Shown here in pieces: positions 52,756-64,000 of a DNA stretch of 64,000 nt (positions are counted from its first letter, which is position 1; every line of letters begins with the position of its first letter). The notes below the pieces were generated by a model, which did no database searches, was not told the origin of the DNA, and saw nothing but the letters and a program-made list of their open reading frames with translations. The position numbers and the translations under genes were made by a program. Source of the stretch: Octopus vulgaris (Eukaryota); contig OX597836.1 of the NCBI GenBank assembly GCA_951406725.2, forward strand, positions 30,194,001 to 30,258,000, read 5' to 3'.

Positions 52756-53368
52756 TAAAAAAAAAAAAGCAGCTTAATAAATGATGAAGACTACTCAGTT
52801 GCATTGATGTTATTGGCACAGATGCACGACATGTAAAGGAAGACCTAAAAAAGCTAATGGGGGAACAGATTCCTGGTGTGGCATAGTGAAATGCATCTTG
52901 TGAAATTGCAGCTGCTTGAAAATGATGACACACTGAGCGAACTTTTTCTTGTTAGCATTTATAAGCATAATCATGTGCGGATGTGCAGATGTGTGCATGC
53001 TTCTGCATATGTGTTTGAATAGCAGATACATATGTGCTTCACAGCAGACATTTTAGCTCCTCTAAAAATAGGGTATTTTTCACTGAAACTGCTTAATATA
53101 TAATTCAAAATCAATTAGAGTTATGACAACAATGTCTACCTGGAGGAAACAAAATAGAAATGGATGAATCACAAATATATCATATAAAGCAGATATGTAT
53201 ATATTATTTTCAGTAAACAAAAGCTTGTGTTTAGGGATACATCTCATTAGCTAGAAGAGTATAAGGCCATGTTTAAGATATACATTTCTATATACACTAC
53301 ACATCTGGGTCAATAGAGATCAATCTAAAGCAAATGAAAAGAAAGTGAGATGACAAATGCAAGATATA

Positions 53369-53533
53369 GGCGCAGGAGCGGCTGTGTGGTAAGTAGCTTG
53401 CTTACCAGCCACATGATTCCGGGTTCAGTCCCACTGCATGGCATCTTGGGCAAGTGCCTTCTGCTATAGCCCCGGGCCGACCAATGCCTTGTGAGTGGAC
53501 TTGGTAGACGGAAACTGAAAGAAGCCTGTCGTA

Positions 53534-53576
<43 letters not shown>

Positions 53577-53780
53577 ATGTGTGTGTCTGTGTTTGTCCCC
53601 CTAGCATTGCTTGACAACTGATGCTGGTGTGTTTACGTCCCCGTCACTTAGCGGTTCAGCAAAAGAGACCGATAGAATAAGTACTGGGCTTACAAAGAAT
53701 AAGTCCCAGGGTCGATTTGCTTGACTAAAGGCAGTGCTCCAGCATGGCCACAGTCAAATGACTGAAACAAGTAAAAGAGT
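53369..53780 (+). mobile_element. SINE family A
   Basis: Full-length copy. Confidence 0.9.
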
Positions 53781-55669
53781 ATATATGTAAACCTAAATTC
53801 TGTTAATGAAGTGATTTAAAATCTCTAAGATGCTTGGCTTAATATAAATTTCAAAATTTCAAACAAATCTTAGACAACAGATACACATGTATTCCACCGT
53901 TTGTTCTGCAACTCATTGAAGACAATTTGTTTTCCATTCAATGTGCTCGATAAATTACTAAAAAATAATCATATTACACTCGTATCTCTCTCCCCTGACA
54001 CCATAAAAGTACATCATCATCATCATTTTAACATTCACTTTTACGTGCTCTTGTGGGCCACAAAGAATTTATTAAGGCAGGTTTTCTACAACCAAATGCC
54101 CTCATCTGTTTCCAAGTGAGGTAATATTTTACCAATAACCAGACATTTTTTATACTGAGGATTGGAAATGAAGGACACCACTTCCATAATAATAATAATA
54201 ACAATAATAATAATAATAATAATGAAATTATTGTATACAGTGATCAGGAGCACCACAACTTGTCAAAAGTGCATAAAGCATATGCAGTAATGTACAAATG
54301 TCTGGAAAGCGAACAATGTATGAGTCAGATACATGCTTGTGCGTGTATGGAGGGGAGAAAATCAGGTGTAGTGTTGGCAAATCTCAGAAAGCATGGAAGT
54401 TTTGAAGGATGCTAATACATATTCATAACTAGCATGTAATGTCAAGACAGGGAGACAAAACCGCATACACACAGATATATATACAAAAGTGTATGAGTGT
54501 GTGTGTGCAACAAGCTTCTTTCAGTTTTTGCCAATCGAATACACTTACAAGGCTTTGGTCAGTCCAGAAATATAACAGAAAGCACTTGCTCAAGGTGCCA
54601 TACAGTGGAACTGAACATAGAAACTTGTGGTTGGGAAACAAACTTCTTACCACAAGGTCATGCCTACATCATCACCATCATCATCATCGTTTAACGTCCA
54701 CTTTCCATGCTAGCATGGGTTGGACGATTTTGACTGAGGGCTGGCAAACCAGATGGCTGCACCAGGATCCAATCTTGATCTGGCAGAGTTTCTACAGCTG
54801 GATGCCCTTCCTAATGCCAACCACTCCGAGAGTGTAGTGGGTGCTTTTTACGTGCCACCGGCACACCTGTAAAATTGCGATAAGGGGCCTCCTCAGGATT
54901 CACAAGGAAGCAACTACACGCTGTACATTTAAGTGCTTCTGTCTGTATAAGTTTTAATCAAGAAGTTCTTTTTGAAGTCACATGCTAGGACTGACTGAGC
55001 ATTTATTATGAGAGTAACCATCATATAATAAATAAAAAAAAATTAAAAAGTTGTCATTTTTGAGTTACAGATCTTTGATGATTAGGAGTAAGGAGGTTCA
55101 TTTCATTTGATATCCAAAAATACTAATACTTTATAATTGATAAAAAAATCATTTGAAGAGTTTTTAAAGAGTTTCAGTTTGAAATTATTTGTCTGTTAGA
55201 ATGAGTTGAAATTTCGTTTGTAACTTACATTTTTCACCATGTCAAACAGTTTTACTTGTTCATTTGTTTGTGTGTGTGTGTTTGTGTGTGTGTGTAACCA
55301 TATAAAGTAAAAACACAAAAGATGGGACAAAATACAAGAGAAGCTCTAAGTTATTACTTCAATACTGACAGAAACTAAAATGTTTCAACATTTTGACCAT
55401 AGACCCTTTATCACGAAAGCACCCACTACACTCATGGAGTGGTTGGCGTTAGGAAGGGCATCCAGCCGTAGAAACACTGCCAGATCAGACTGGGCCTGGC
55501 GCAGCCATCTGAAGTCCCAGACCCCAGTTGAACCGTCCAACCCATGCTAGCATAGAAAACGGACGTTAAACGATGATGATGATGAAACATACACTGTCTT
55601 GTTTGGCAAATTTCACTCACTCTTTATTGGGCAACCCAAAAAGCTATTTAATATCAAATATCTACCTAT

Positions 55670-56125
55670 GAGTTGGCAAGCTGGCTGAATTGTTAGCACA
55701 CTGGGCAAGATGCTTAGCAGTATTTTGTCCATCTTTACGTTATGAGTTTAAATTCAACTGAGATCGACTTTGCATTTTATTCTTCCAGGGTTGAGGAAAA
55801 GAAGTACCAGTTGAACACTGGGGACTATGTAATCAACTTACCCACACCCCTGAAATTCCTGGCATTATACCAAAATTTGAAACCAGTATTAAATATTTAC
55901 CCATAAGGTGGTGAGCTAGCAAAATTATTAGCATGCCGGGGAAAAATGCTCAGAGGTATTTCACCTGCCTTTACATTCTGAGTTCAAATTCTGCTGAGGC
56001 TGGCTTTGCCTTTCATTCTTTCAGGGTCAATAAAATAAGTACCAGTTGAGCACTGGGATCACTATAATAAACTTACCTCTCTTCTAAAATTGCAGGCCTT
56101 GTGCCAAAATTTGAAACCGATATTA
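55670..56125 (+). mobile_element. Two tandem old family B SINEs
   Basis: Repeated head and gtaccagttga..actggg...ccaaaatttgaaacc tails. Confidence 0.75.
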
Positions 56126-57470
56126 AATATTTACCCAAGGTGCAATGCAAAATGATCAAATCTGGAAAAACCACACAGCCATGTATGTACTCCCTTTGTT
56201 TTATTCTACAAATATCAACATGTAGTGCTTCATTTGCTGTACAAGCTCTAAACATCTTTAGCAGTACAGATATTATGACTGATATTTCATACTTCTGTAG
56301 ACATTTTATTATCTCCATGCATGTTCAGGCATCTGCTAATGTTTTTATGGTAAACACACATAATGGCTGTTATCTCTTATCACTATATTTACATCTAAAA
56401 ATTGAGTCACTGCATCGCCTGGATTTTTACTTAAACTATTATGGTTACATACATATATCTGTAAGTGTATATGATTATAAATGCACATGTGTGTGCATGT
56501 ATGAGTGTGTGTGTGCATGTGTGAGTGTGTGTGTGTGCATGTGTGTGTGTGCATGTGTGAGTGTGTGTGCATGTGTGAGTGTGTGTGTGTGCATGTGTGA
56601 GTGTGTGTGTGAGTGTGTGTGTGTATATACTTGCTTGTATTTAGTCATAAAATACATGCATGTAACCATTTTAACAAATCAATTTGCTAGAGTTGTAAAG
56701 TAACTTTATCTTACTACTTAGGAGATGAAATATGGAAAAATCTAATTCTAATATAAATAGAAAGATTTAGAAAAGAAAACTCCTTTGATGATCTCTTGAG
56801 AAAAAAAGCATTATGACCAACACACTACCCTCTTGCCTACAGGTGTGCTATTTCCTCATTCTGCCTTTTCTACTAATATTGCCATAGCTGCTCCTTGGAG
56901 TTGACTGGGTCCAAGCCACCTCTACTAATGTTCACCTAACTCCTTTCTGCTCTTAGTGACCCTCACACAACCACAGGCCCTACACATAACCAATACCAAC
57001 ATTCCTTCCTCTCCAAAAGTCAGTCATCTGGAATTTCCTCTCAGTCCATGTTTGTTGTGGAATGTTTCCCTTTTAGCATTCAAATTGGTCTGTCAAATGT
57101 AATGCTTATTTATTCACATTATTTTAAATTAATCATGTATTGCCTCATAGCTTCAAGATTTCAACGTTGTGATTGTATATTTTTAGAATGGCATTGTAGG
57201 ATAGGAGTGAGAGGCTGGACCTGGCCAGCTTGGGCATAAAACAGGTAGAACATTTGGGTCAGATATGACAGGTTTAAATGTTAAACAGCTGACTTGCAAT
57301 TGTTCAGAAGGAATAATCATCTGCATCATTAACCTTAGTGGCTTCTAAGGACATGCAAAGGCCACACAGCCTTCCAATTGATAACATTAAAAAAAATATG
57401 CAAAATTTTCTAAAAGTGGTCAGAGATTAAAAGAAAGATGGAAATTTAAGGTTTATGCTCAAATACTCAC

Positions 57471-57684
57471 GTATTGCTGGATTTTGTACTTTTACCAGTT
57501 AGGTTTTCCAAACCATGCAGAGCCTGGTCACGTTCATTTTTCATTAAATGATACTGTCTAAGTGCTGAATCACGTTCTTCTACTGCTTTAGCATTTTCTC
57601 TTAAAACAGCATCTCTTTCTTTGAGAGCAAGTTCAAATCCTAACTGTAGTGCTTGAGAAGGGGGGCAATCATGTGTTAATTGAT
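57471..57684 (-). CDS. Internal coding exon (214 nt, phase 1 to phase 2) of an unidentified coiled-coil protein
   Basis: Acceptor ...ttcttttattttgtag|ATC and donor AAC-like AATAC|gtgagt. Encodes [70 protein letters not shown] with a heptad-like ERD-x-A-L repeat every 14 aa. Loosely recalls DLG5/CARMA-type coiled coils, but identity is not established. Confidence 0.85.
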
Positions 57685-57891
57685 CTACAAAATAAAAGAA
57701 ATGAAGGTATATTAACAAGTTATCAAATATCATGGTCCAATACATACATTTCAATAAAATCAATACAGAGTAGCTCATATCATGTCACCAGTAATATATT
57801 GTGTACATATTGAAGACATTATCTACAAAGGAACCAACATTAGCTATCCCCATAAAAAATATATCTTAAAACCTTGTGACATATGCATCAA

Positions 57892-57929
57892 ATAACTGAT
57901 ACACTCTCTATAGAGAGTGTATCAGTTAT
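57892..57929. repeat. Perfect 38-bp palindrome
   Basis: ATAACTGATACACTCTCTA|TAGAGAGTGTATCAGTTAT. Confidence 0.95.
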
Positions 57930-58409
57930 GTTTCAGGGTAACTTTATTGGAATTGCCTTAACATATCTTGAGAAATGTAAACTCCATTTTGGTAGCAGGG
58001 TGAATAATCATTGGGAGACAACAGAGAATTAATGGGATTGAGTGAGATTTTAATCATTGTACAGAGGAGAAGGACATGGTGGTAGATCAGGAGAAAAGGT
58101 GGTAAGTTTGAAAAGGCAATATACTTAAGAGAGGCTGACACAGAAACACTGTTTCATAACCAACATATACAGATATTATGACTGATATATAAAAGAATGT
58201 TGACCACAGGAAGTATAAATGTTGCAGCATCTAAAACTTCACCATCATAGGAATTATTACCCGAACAATGCTAGGTCCTGTTTTATACAACCTATTTTGA
58301 CAAGATATCTTTATTTAGACCAATTCAAATCCTAGATATGTTGAGCTGTGTTTTATGTAATATTCTAAGGTAAAATATTTTTATTTAGACCAAGAAGCAA
58401 TTGCATAGG

Positions 58410-59430
58410 TGAAGGACAAAGTTATGAAAATTGGCAGAAAGTTTTCATGTAAATGATTAGAAACAGAATTAGCATAGGTGAGATGCAGTTCAGATTTGGG
58501 GTATGGTGGAGTACTACTGATGCAGTACGTACCTACATATGAGACAGGGTTCTACTGATGCTTTCTTTTAACCATACTTATTAATCTAGAAAAGACGTTT
58601 TATAGAGTTCCTCCCTTTGTGCTCTGGTGGTCTCATAGAGAACTTGTTCTCATAATTGAACTTGTTGAATATTTAAATAAGAAATTCCAAATGTGGGAGC
58701 AAAAATTAGAATTGAGAGGCTTCAGAATAAAGCTAGCAAAGACAAAAACAAGAGTTTTAGTTAGCAAGAAAGAAGACAGGATTACTGTCATATGGAAAGT
58801 GGCTATGTTTGCTATACAGAGAAAGAGTACCCAGGAATTCCATGACATGTACCTATGGATCACAAAGAGTGTGGTGGAATCACAGGGTTGATAAATAAAA
58901 CGACATCATACACACCAAATACAGAGGAATGGTTTGTAGTAAGTGCATCCATAAAACAAATTGCTTCAAATGCTCAGAAGGTTCTACAGAGGTAGCTGAG
59001 AGCTTCTCTTAGCCAAGTGATGTAATTAGTGGTGGAAGTAATTAAAGCAGGAGCAGAATGGGAAGAGCTAAAAGGGAAATTACTTCTTCTTGCAATAAAA
59101 GTTTTCTCTCTCTCTCTGAGTCAAGAACAGATTATATGATGTTTGATAGCAAAATGTTATGTTGTATGGTAGAGCAACATGGGCACTGAATGAGGAGGAT
59201 GTACAAAGGTTGGAAAGTAATAAGTTGAGCAGATTCCACTGAATAATAAAAGTGGACATGAATGGCATACAAATTAGAGGAAAGAGAAACAGGATATAAC
59301 AGGAATCGGATGTAGTGTAGAAGGAAGAAAGACAGCACGGTATGGATATGTGATGGAGGATGACAGTTGGGTAAAAAAAAATGTACCAAACAATCACAGA
59401 GTTCTGATGAAGATCCATCTAGCTTGTGTG
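58410..59430 (+). mobile_element. Heavily decayed RTE LINE RT/C-terminal region
   Basis: Fragments STTDA, NLEKTFYRVP, MLYGRATWALNEEDVQRLE, YGYVMEDDSWVKK. Confidence 0.7.
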
Positions 59431-60047
59431 AAGTATGGAACAATGATGATGATGTATAGCAAGAATCTTGCCTCCAAACTACATGATTACGAGCAAAATC
59501 CCTCTGCTTGGTACCTTGGGCAAGTGTCTTCTGGTATAGCCCTGGGGTGATCAAAGCCTTGTGAGTGGATTTGGTTGATATAAACTGAAAGAAACTCATT
59601 AATAATGTGTGTGTGCATGTATACATGCCCAACCCTTCACTTGACAACTAGTGCTGGTTTGTTTATATCCATAGCGGTTTGGCAAAAGAGATTGATAGAA
59701 TAGGTACAAGCTTTAACCCTTTAGTGTTCAGATTCATCTGTTAAATATAATACTTTTTTCACTCAAATTATTTTCAATTAATCATACATTATCTTACAGC
59801 TTTGAAGTTTCAATGGTGTGATAGTTTATTCTTAGAATGTCAATGTAGGTTAGGTGTGAGGGGCTGGATATGGCCAGTTTGAATGTAAAACATGTAGGAT
59901 ATTTGGGCTGGATATGGCCGGCTTAAGCACCAAAGGGTTACAATATAAGTACTGGAGTAGATTCATTCGACTAAAATCCTTTAAGGCCGTGTGTTCCAAC
60001 ATGACTGCAGTCCAATGACCAAAACATGTAAAAGATGAAAAGATACC

Positions 60048-60435
60048 TTTACTCTTTTACTTGTTTCAGTCATTTGACTGAGGCCATGCTGGAGCACCGC
60101 CTTTAGTCGAGCAAATCAACCCCAGGACTTATTCATTGTAAGCCTAGTACTTATTCTATCGGGCTCCTTTTACTGAACCGCTAAGTTACGGGGATGTAAA
60201 CACATCAGCATCGGTTGTCAAGCGATGTTGGGGGACAAACACAGACACACAAACATATATATACATATATACGACAGGCTTCTTTCAGTTTCTGTCTACC
60301 AAATCCACTCACAAGGCTTTGGTCGGCCCGAGGCTATAGCAGAAGGCACTTGCCCAAGGTTCCACGCAGTGGGACTGAACCCGGAACCATGCAGCTCGTA
60401 AGCAAGCAACTTATCACACAGCCACTCCTAGGCCT
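60048..60435 (-). mobile_element. SINE family A
   Basis: Reverse complement of 53369-53780. Confidence 0.9.
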
Positions 60436-62064
60436 ATACCAAAAAAAAAAAAAAAAAAAAAAAAAAGACCAAGACAATGTCTGTCATTTTTATATGATCT
60501 ACTCAGACAAAATATGTTTAACCAAATGCAAATGTTGTATATTGCTGGGGTTTGAATATGTAAATATATTAATTGGTTACAGAGTTTAAATGCAGATCTC
60601 AAAATGTTCAACCAGTCTGATCAAGTGAGCTTTTTCCTTCTTAGGTTAAAATAACAAATATAGCTTAAGGTTTATATAATACAGCAAAATTACATAACAA
60701 ACAAAAAAACAAATGTCCACCACATGAATTTAGAAGTGATGGGAAGGAATAAAAAAAAAAATTAAATTAAAAATACCTGCAAGTAATATTTATTGAGAAT
60801 TCAAATGTAGAAGATTAAAATAAAAGATTAATACTACATCAGAAAAGAATGTAAGGATTACAAAGACTTGTTTTTTTTTTTTCCAGAAAAATTACTTGAA
60901 ATGCTTCCAAATTTGCAAATAGTATAGAAAGTAGATTTTAAAAATACAACCAGAAATTCATAGCAACGTTGCAATGTGCAACTTTAATTAGAATACACCT
61001 AAATAGATGATTACAGCAACAAGAGATATAGCAAAGATAAATAAACAAAAATATTTAAAAATGCAAAAAAATAAAAAAAAAAAAGCTTTCAAGAATAAAA
61101 CTGAACAAAGCAAAATATCTTATTTCAAATATTGCATAAAAATAGATAAATAAAATAATTTGATGACGAAATGACTAAGTTGAGAGAAACAAATTAGCAA
61201 ATTGTTGGCGAGCAATTATGTTGGTATGTAGGTACAAATATTGGTTTCAAATTTTGGCACAAGGCCAGCAATTTCAGGGGAGGGGGTAAGTCGATTACAT
61301 TGATACCAGTACTTGACTACTACTTATTTTATTGACCCCCCAAAAAATGAAAGGCAAAGTTGACTCCAGCAGAATTTGAACTCAAAACAAAGATGGACAA
61401 AATGCTGCTGAGCATTTCGCACGGTGTGCTAATGATCCTGCCAGCTCACTGCCTTAAATGTAGGTACAAATATTGCCATCACAAAGTAAAACCATCCATG
61501 GAGTCCCTGTGCCACAGTGAAAGCACCCAGTACACTCTGTAAAGTGTAAAGTGTTTGGCATTCGGAAGAGAATCCAACCAGAGAAACCATGACAAAACAG
61601 ACAAAATGGAGCCTGGTCAGCTCCTGTTAAACTGTCCAACTCATGCCAGCATGAAGAATGGACAATAAATGATGATGGTATTTGTCTTTAGTTGTTGGAT
61701 ACAACTGTGAATTGCATGGCCCTAAGTTGAATCTGGTTTAACTTATGCCTTAATTTGGCACTGGTCTGAGCCTCTATCTAAGAGTAAACTGTTTTTATGC
61801 ATGATTGTGTGTGTGTGTATGAGGGTGCAGAAAATTTCATGACTTTAGGTAAAAGAAAATATGGTTTTATTCAACGTATTCCCCTTTCACATTCACACAC
61901 TTACTGCAGCAGTCCTTCAGTTTTTCTTAGCCCTGTAAAAGAACTTGGAAAGTTGGATCTCCAACCAGGCATTTTGCGATATCCTTAAAGCCAGGAATTT
62001 CATCTTTTGTTTTTTGGGTTGTTTTTTTTGTAAATCCCAACTATATATATATATATATTTATGC

Positions 62065-62102
<38 letters not shown>

Positions 62103-62518
62103 CTGTGTGTGTGTGTGTATGTGTGTGTGTGTGTGTATGTGTGTATATATATTTAAAAACCTGTGATAAGTCTGTGCATCATCCTCCTCATATCTCTGGA
62201 AATTTAAATCTACACTATGGATTGATTCATCTTCTCTTCGAAACTAATAAGTTTTTTAAAAATCTGTGATAAGACTGTGCATCATCATTAAGGAACTTTG
62301 GAAAACTGTTTACAACCTATATCTGCCTCTAATGGAACTATCTCCAATATTTCATGAGTATAACCTCACCCACTAAGATGTCTAGAGAACTCAAATGTAT
62401 TTTAGCTGATGAGTACGGGACACTTTTATCTGCTGCAATTTTTGCAACTTGTAATAAAGCCTGTCTTTGTATGAAACAATTGTACTAAAAACTAATCCAT
62501 TCTTGTTGCTTCTTTCTC

Positions 62519-62551
<33 letters not shown>

Positions 62552-62554
<3 letters not shown>

Positions 62555-62879
62555 GGGCTGGCCAAAATAATGGAAACGCCTTAAAAGTTCAAACAAATTT
62601 ATTTTAATATGGGGTAGGTCCACAGTAAGTACAGCTTGAATTCTACAAGGTATGGACTTGTACAAAATTTGAATTGTTTCCAAAGGAATTTTTGTCCATT
62701 CTTCAGCTAAAATAGTCTCTAGTCCTTATAGTGATTATGGTGGAAGATATTGACTCCTCACTTGTTTTAAAATGAACCATAAATGTTCAATAATATTGAG
62801 ATCTGGGGACGGTTTTATAAATATTTCAAAACTATGATGCTATGATGCGAGGTGTTTCCATTATTTTGTCCAACACCTA
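62552..62879 (-). mobile_element. Internally deleted Tc1-like element
   Basis: TIRs caggggctggccaaaataatggaaacgcc / ggtgtttccattattttgtccaacacct; minus-strand SPDLNIIEHLW...EEWTKIPLETIQILYKSIPCRIQAV. Confidence 0.85.
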
Positions 62880-63143
62880 TTATATATGAAACACGCTAGA
62901 GTTGAGCTAGAGACAGCTGATGAAGGGGATCTTTCCTTGTGTAGTTTGTCTTGTACTCTGCTTTTCTGTTGTAAAAAAAAGGTTTGTTCCATGCTTGCTT
63001 TTCCATTTTCGTTTCTCGTTGAGTTCTACGTCTAGTTGTGGTGTCCTGTACTTACTTATATATTTATATATGCATGTATATGTACATGTAGATGTAGGTA
63101 CGTACATATATGCTTGTATGTATGCATATATTTTATTTATTAC

Positions 63144-63182
<39 letters not shown>

Positions 63183-63454
63183 CAATCACGTGTACATAAG
63201 CAAGCTTTTATTTGCTTTTTAGAAGCGCCGAATGCATATCATATGATGCAGACAAGAAAGTGATATTTTTGAATGCAGTATCACCATTAAAACAGCAGAA
63301 AAATTGGGCAGTATTTTACCCTACAAGGCAGAAAAAGTTGTCAACAAACCGAATAACTTTTCTGCCTGGTAAGGGTAATATTACCCAATTCTTCAGCTGC
63401 TTCAACAGTGATACTATGTTCAAAAATATCACTTTCCTGTCTATACCATACAAG

Positions 63455-63493
<39 letters not shown>

Positions 63494-63501
63494 CACACAT
63501 A

Positions 63502-64000
63502 CAGTGTGTGACAGCAAGTTTGCTTGATGTCATAAAAGCATATATTTAAAAATTTTTTCTATAATTTAATAAATAACACAAGCATAACTTTCAGACTGAC
63601 ATGTGAAATTAAGTAGAGAGAGAAAATACTGCGAGTTAAGCTTAATATTTTAGTGGACCTCCTTTAGAATGAACAACACAATGGCTAATCTTCTGGGTGT
63701 AGATACCATCAGATTTTGGCAGATTTCCTTAATTTCATCATCTTTGTGCCAAATTTGAAAAAAAAAAAAAAAAAAAAGATTAAATGACATCTTGTTTCAA
63801 TGAAGGTCATAGTGACTTTATGTGCTTTTTGCATATGCTCCAGAGGTTTTTGATTGGATTTAAATCTGGTGAAGATGGAGGCCAATCAAGCAGTGTTATG
63901 CCATGTTGACAAAAGGAATCCATAGAACGCTTGTTAATATGAACTGATGTGTTATCTTGCTGAAAAATGCCAGCAGAATTTGGAAAACCAGTAATTTAAT
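63502..64000 (-). mobile_element. Decayed Tc1-like transposase C-terminal part (runs off window)
   Basis: Minus-strand FQQDN and DWPPSSPDLNPIKNLW; ta-cagtg terminus at 63500-63506. Confidence 0.8.

Noticed and set aside
56101-56703. 200-aa ORF
   Set aside because: Built from a SINE tail, AT-rich intron and a (GT/GCAT) microsatellite; no protein-like signal.
62888-62935. CTGATGAAGG motifs at about 62918, 24392 and 48267 as hammerheads
   Set aside because: No downstream GAAA or closing helices; at most truncated relics.

Overview
AT-rich eukaryotic (animal) genomic DNA, almost entirely intronic and repetitive. The microsatellite load and the tRNA-SINE/RTE repertoire resemble an octopus/cephalopod genome (inference). 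One protein-coding gene runs on the minus strand. Two exons are well supported and phase-compatible (57471-57684, coiled-coil; 27072-27180, basic then acidic) and are separated by a ~30 kb intron. Downstream are candidate micro/small exons (14, 8, 48 and 23 nt) and a strong acceptor at 618. The rest is tRNA-derived SINEs (several families), RTE and CR1/L2 LINE remnants, mariner/Tc1 remnants, TTAA (piggyBac-type) and 9-bp-TSD MITEs, a Helentron-like element, foldback palindromes and microsatellites. Nearly all ORFs in the track are spurious. Most notable: (1) a tRNA-headed SINE whose 3' part carries a minimal Penelope-type hammerhead ribozyme, plus other decayed hammerhead motifs; (2) a possible microexon cluster; (3) foldback palindromes and inverted SINE pairs around the exons. 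All alignments and identities were judged by eye.
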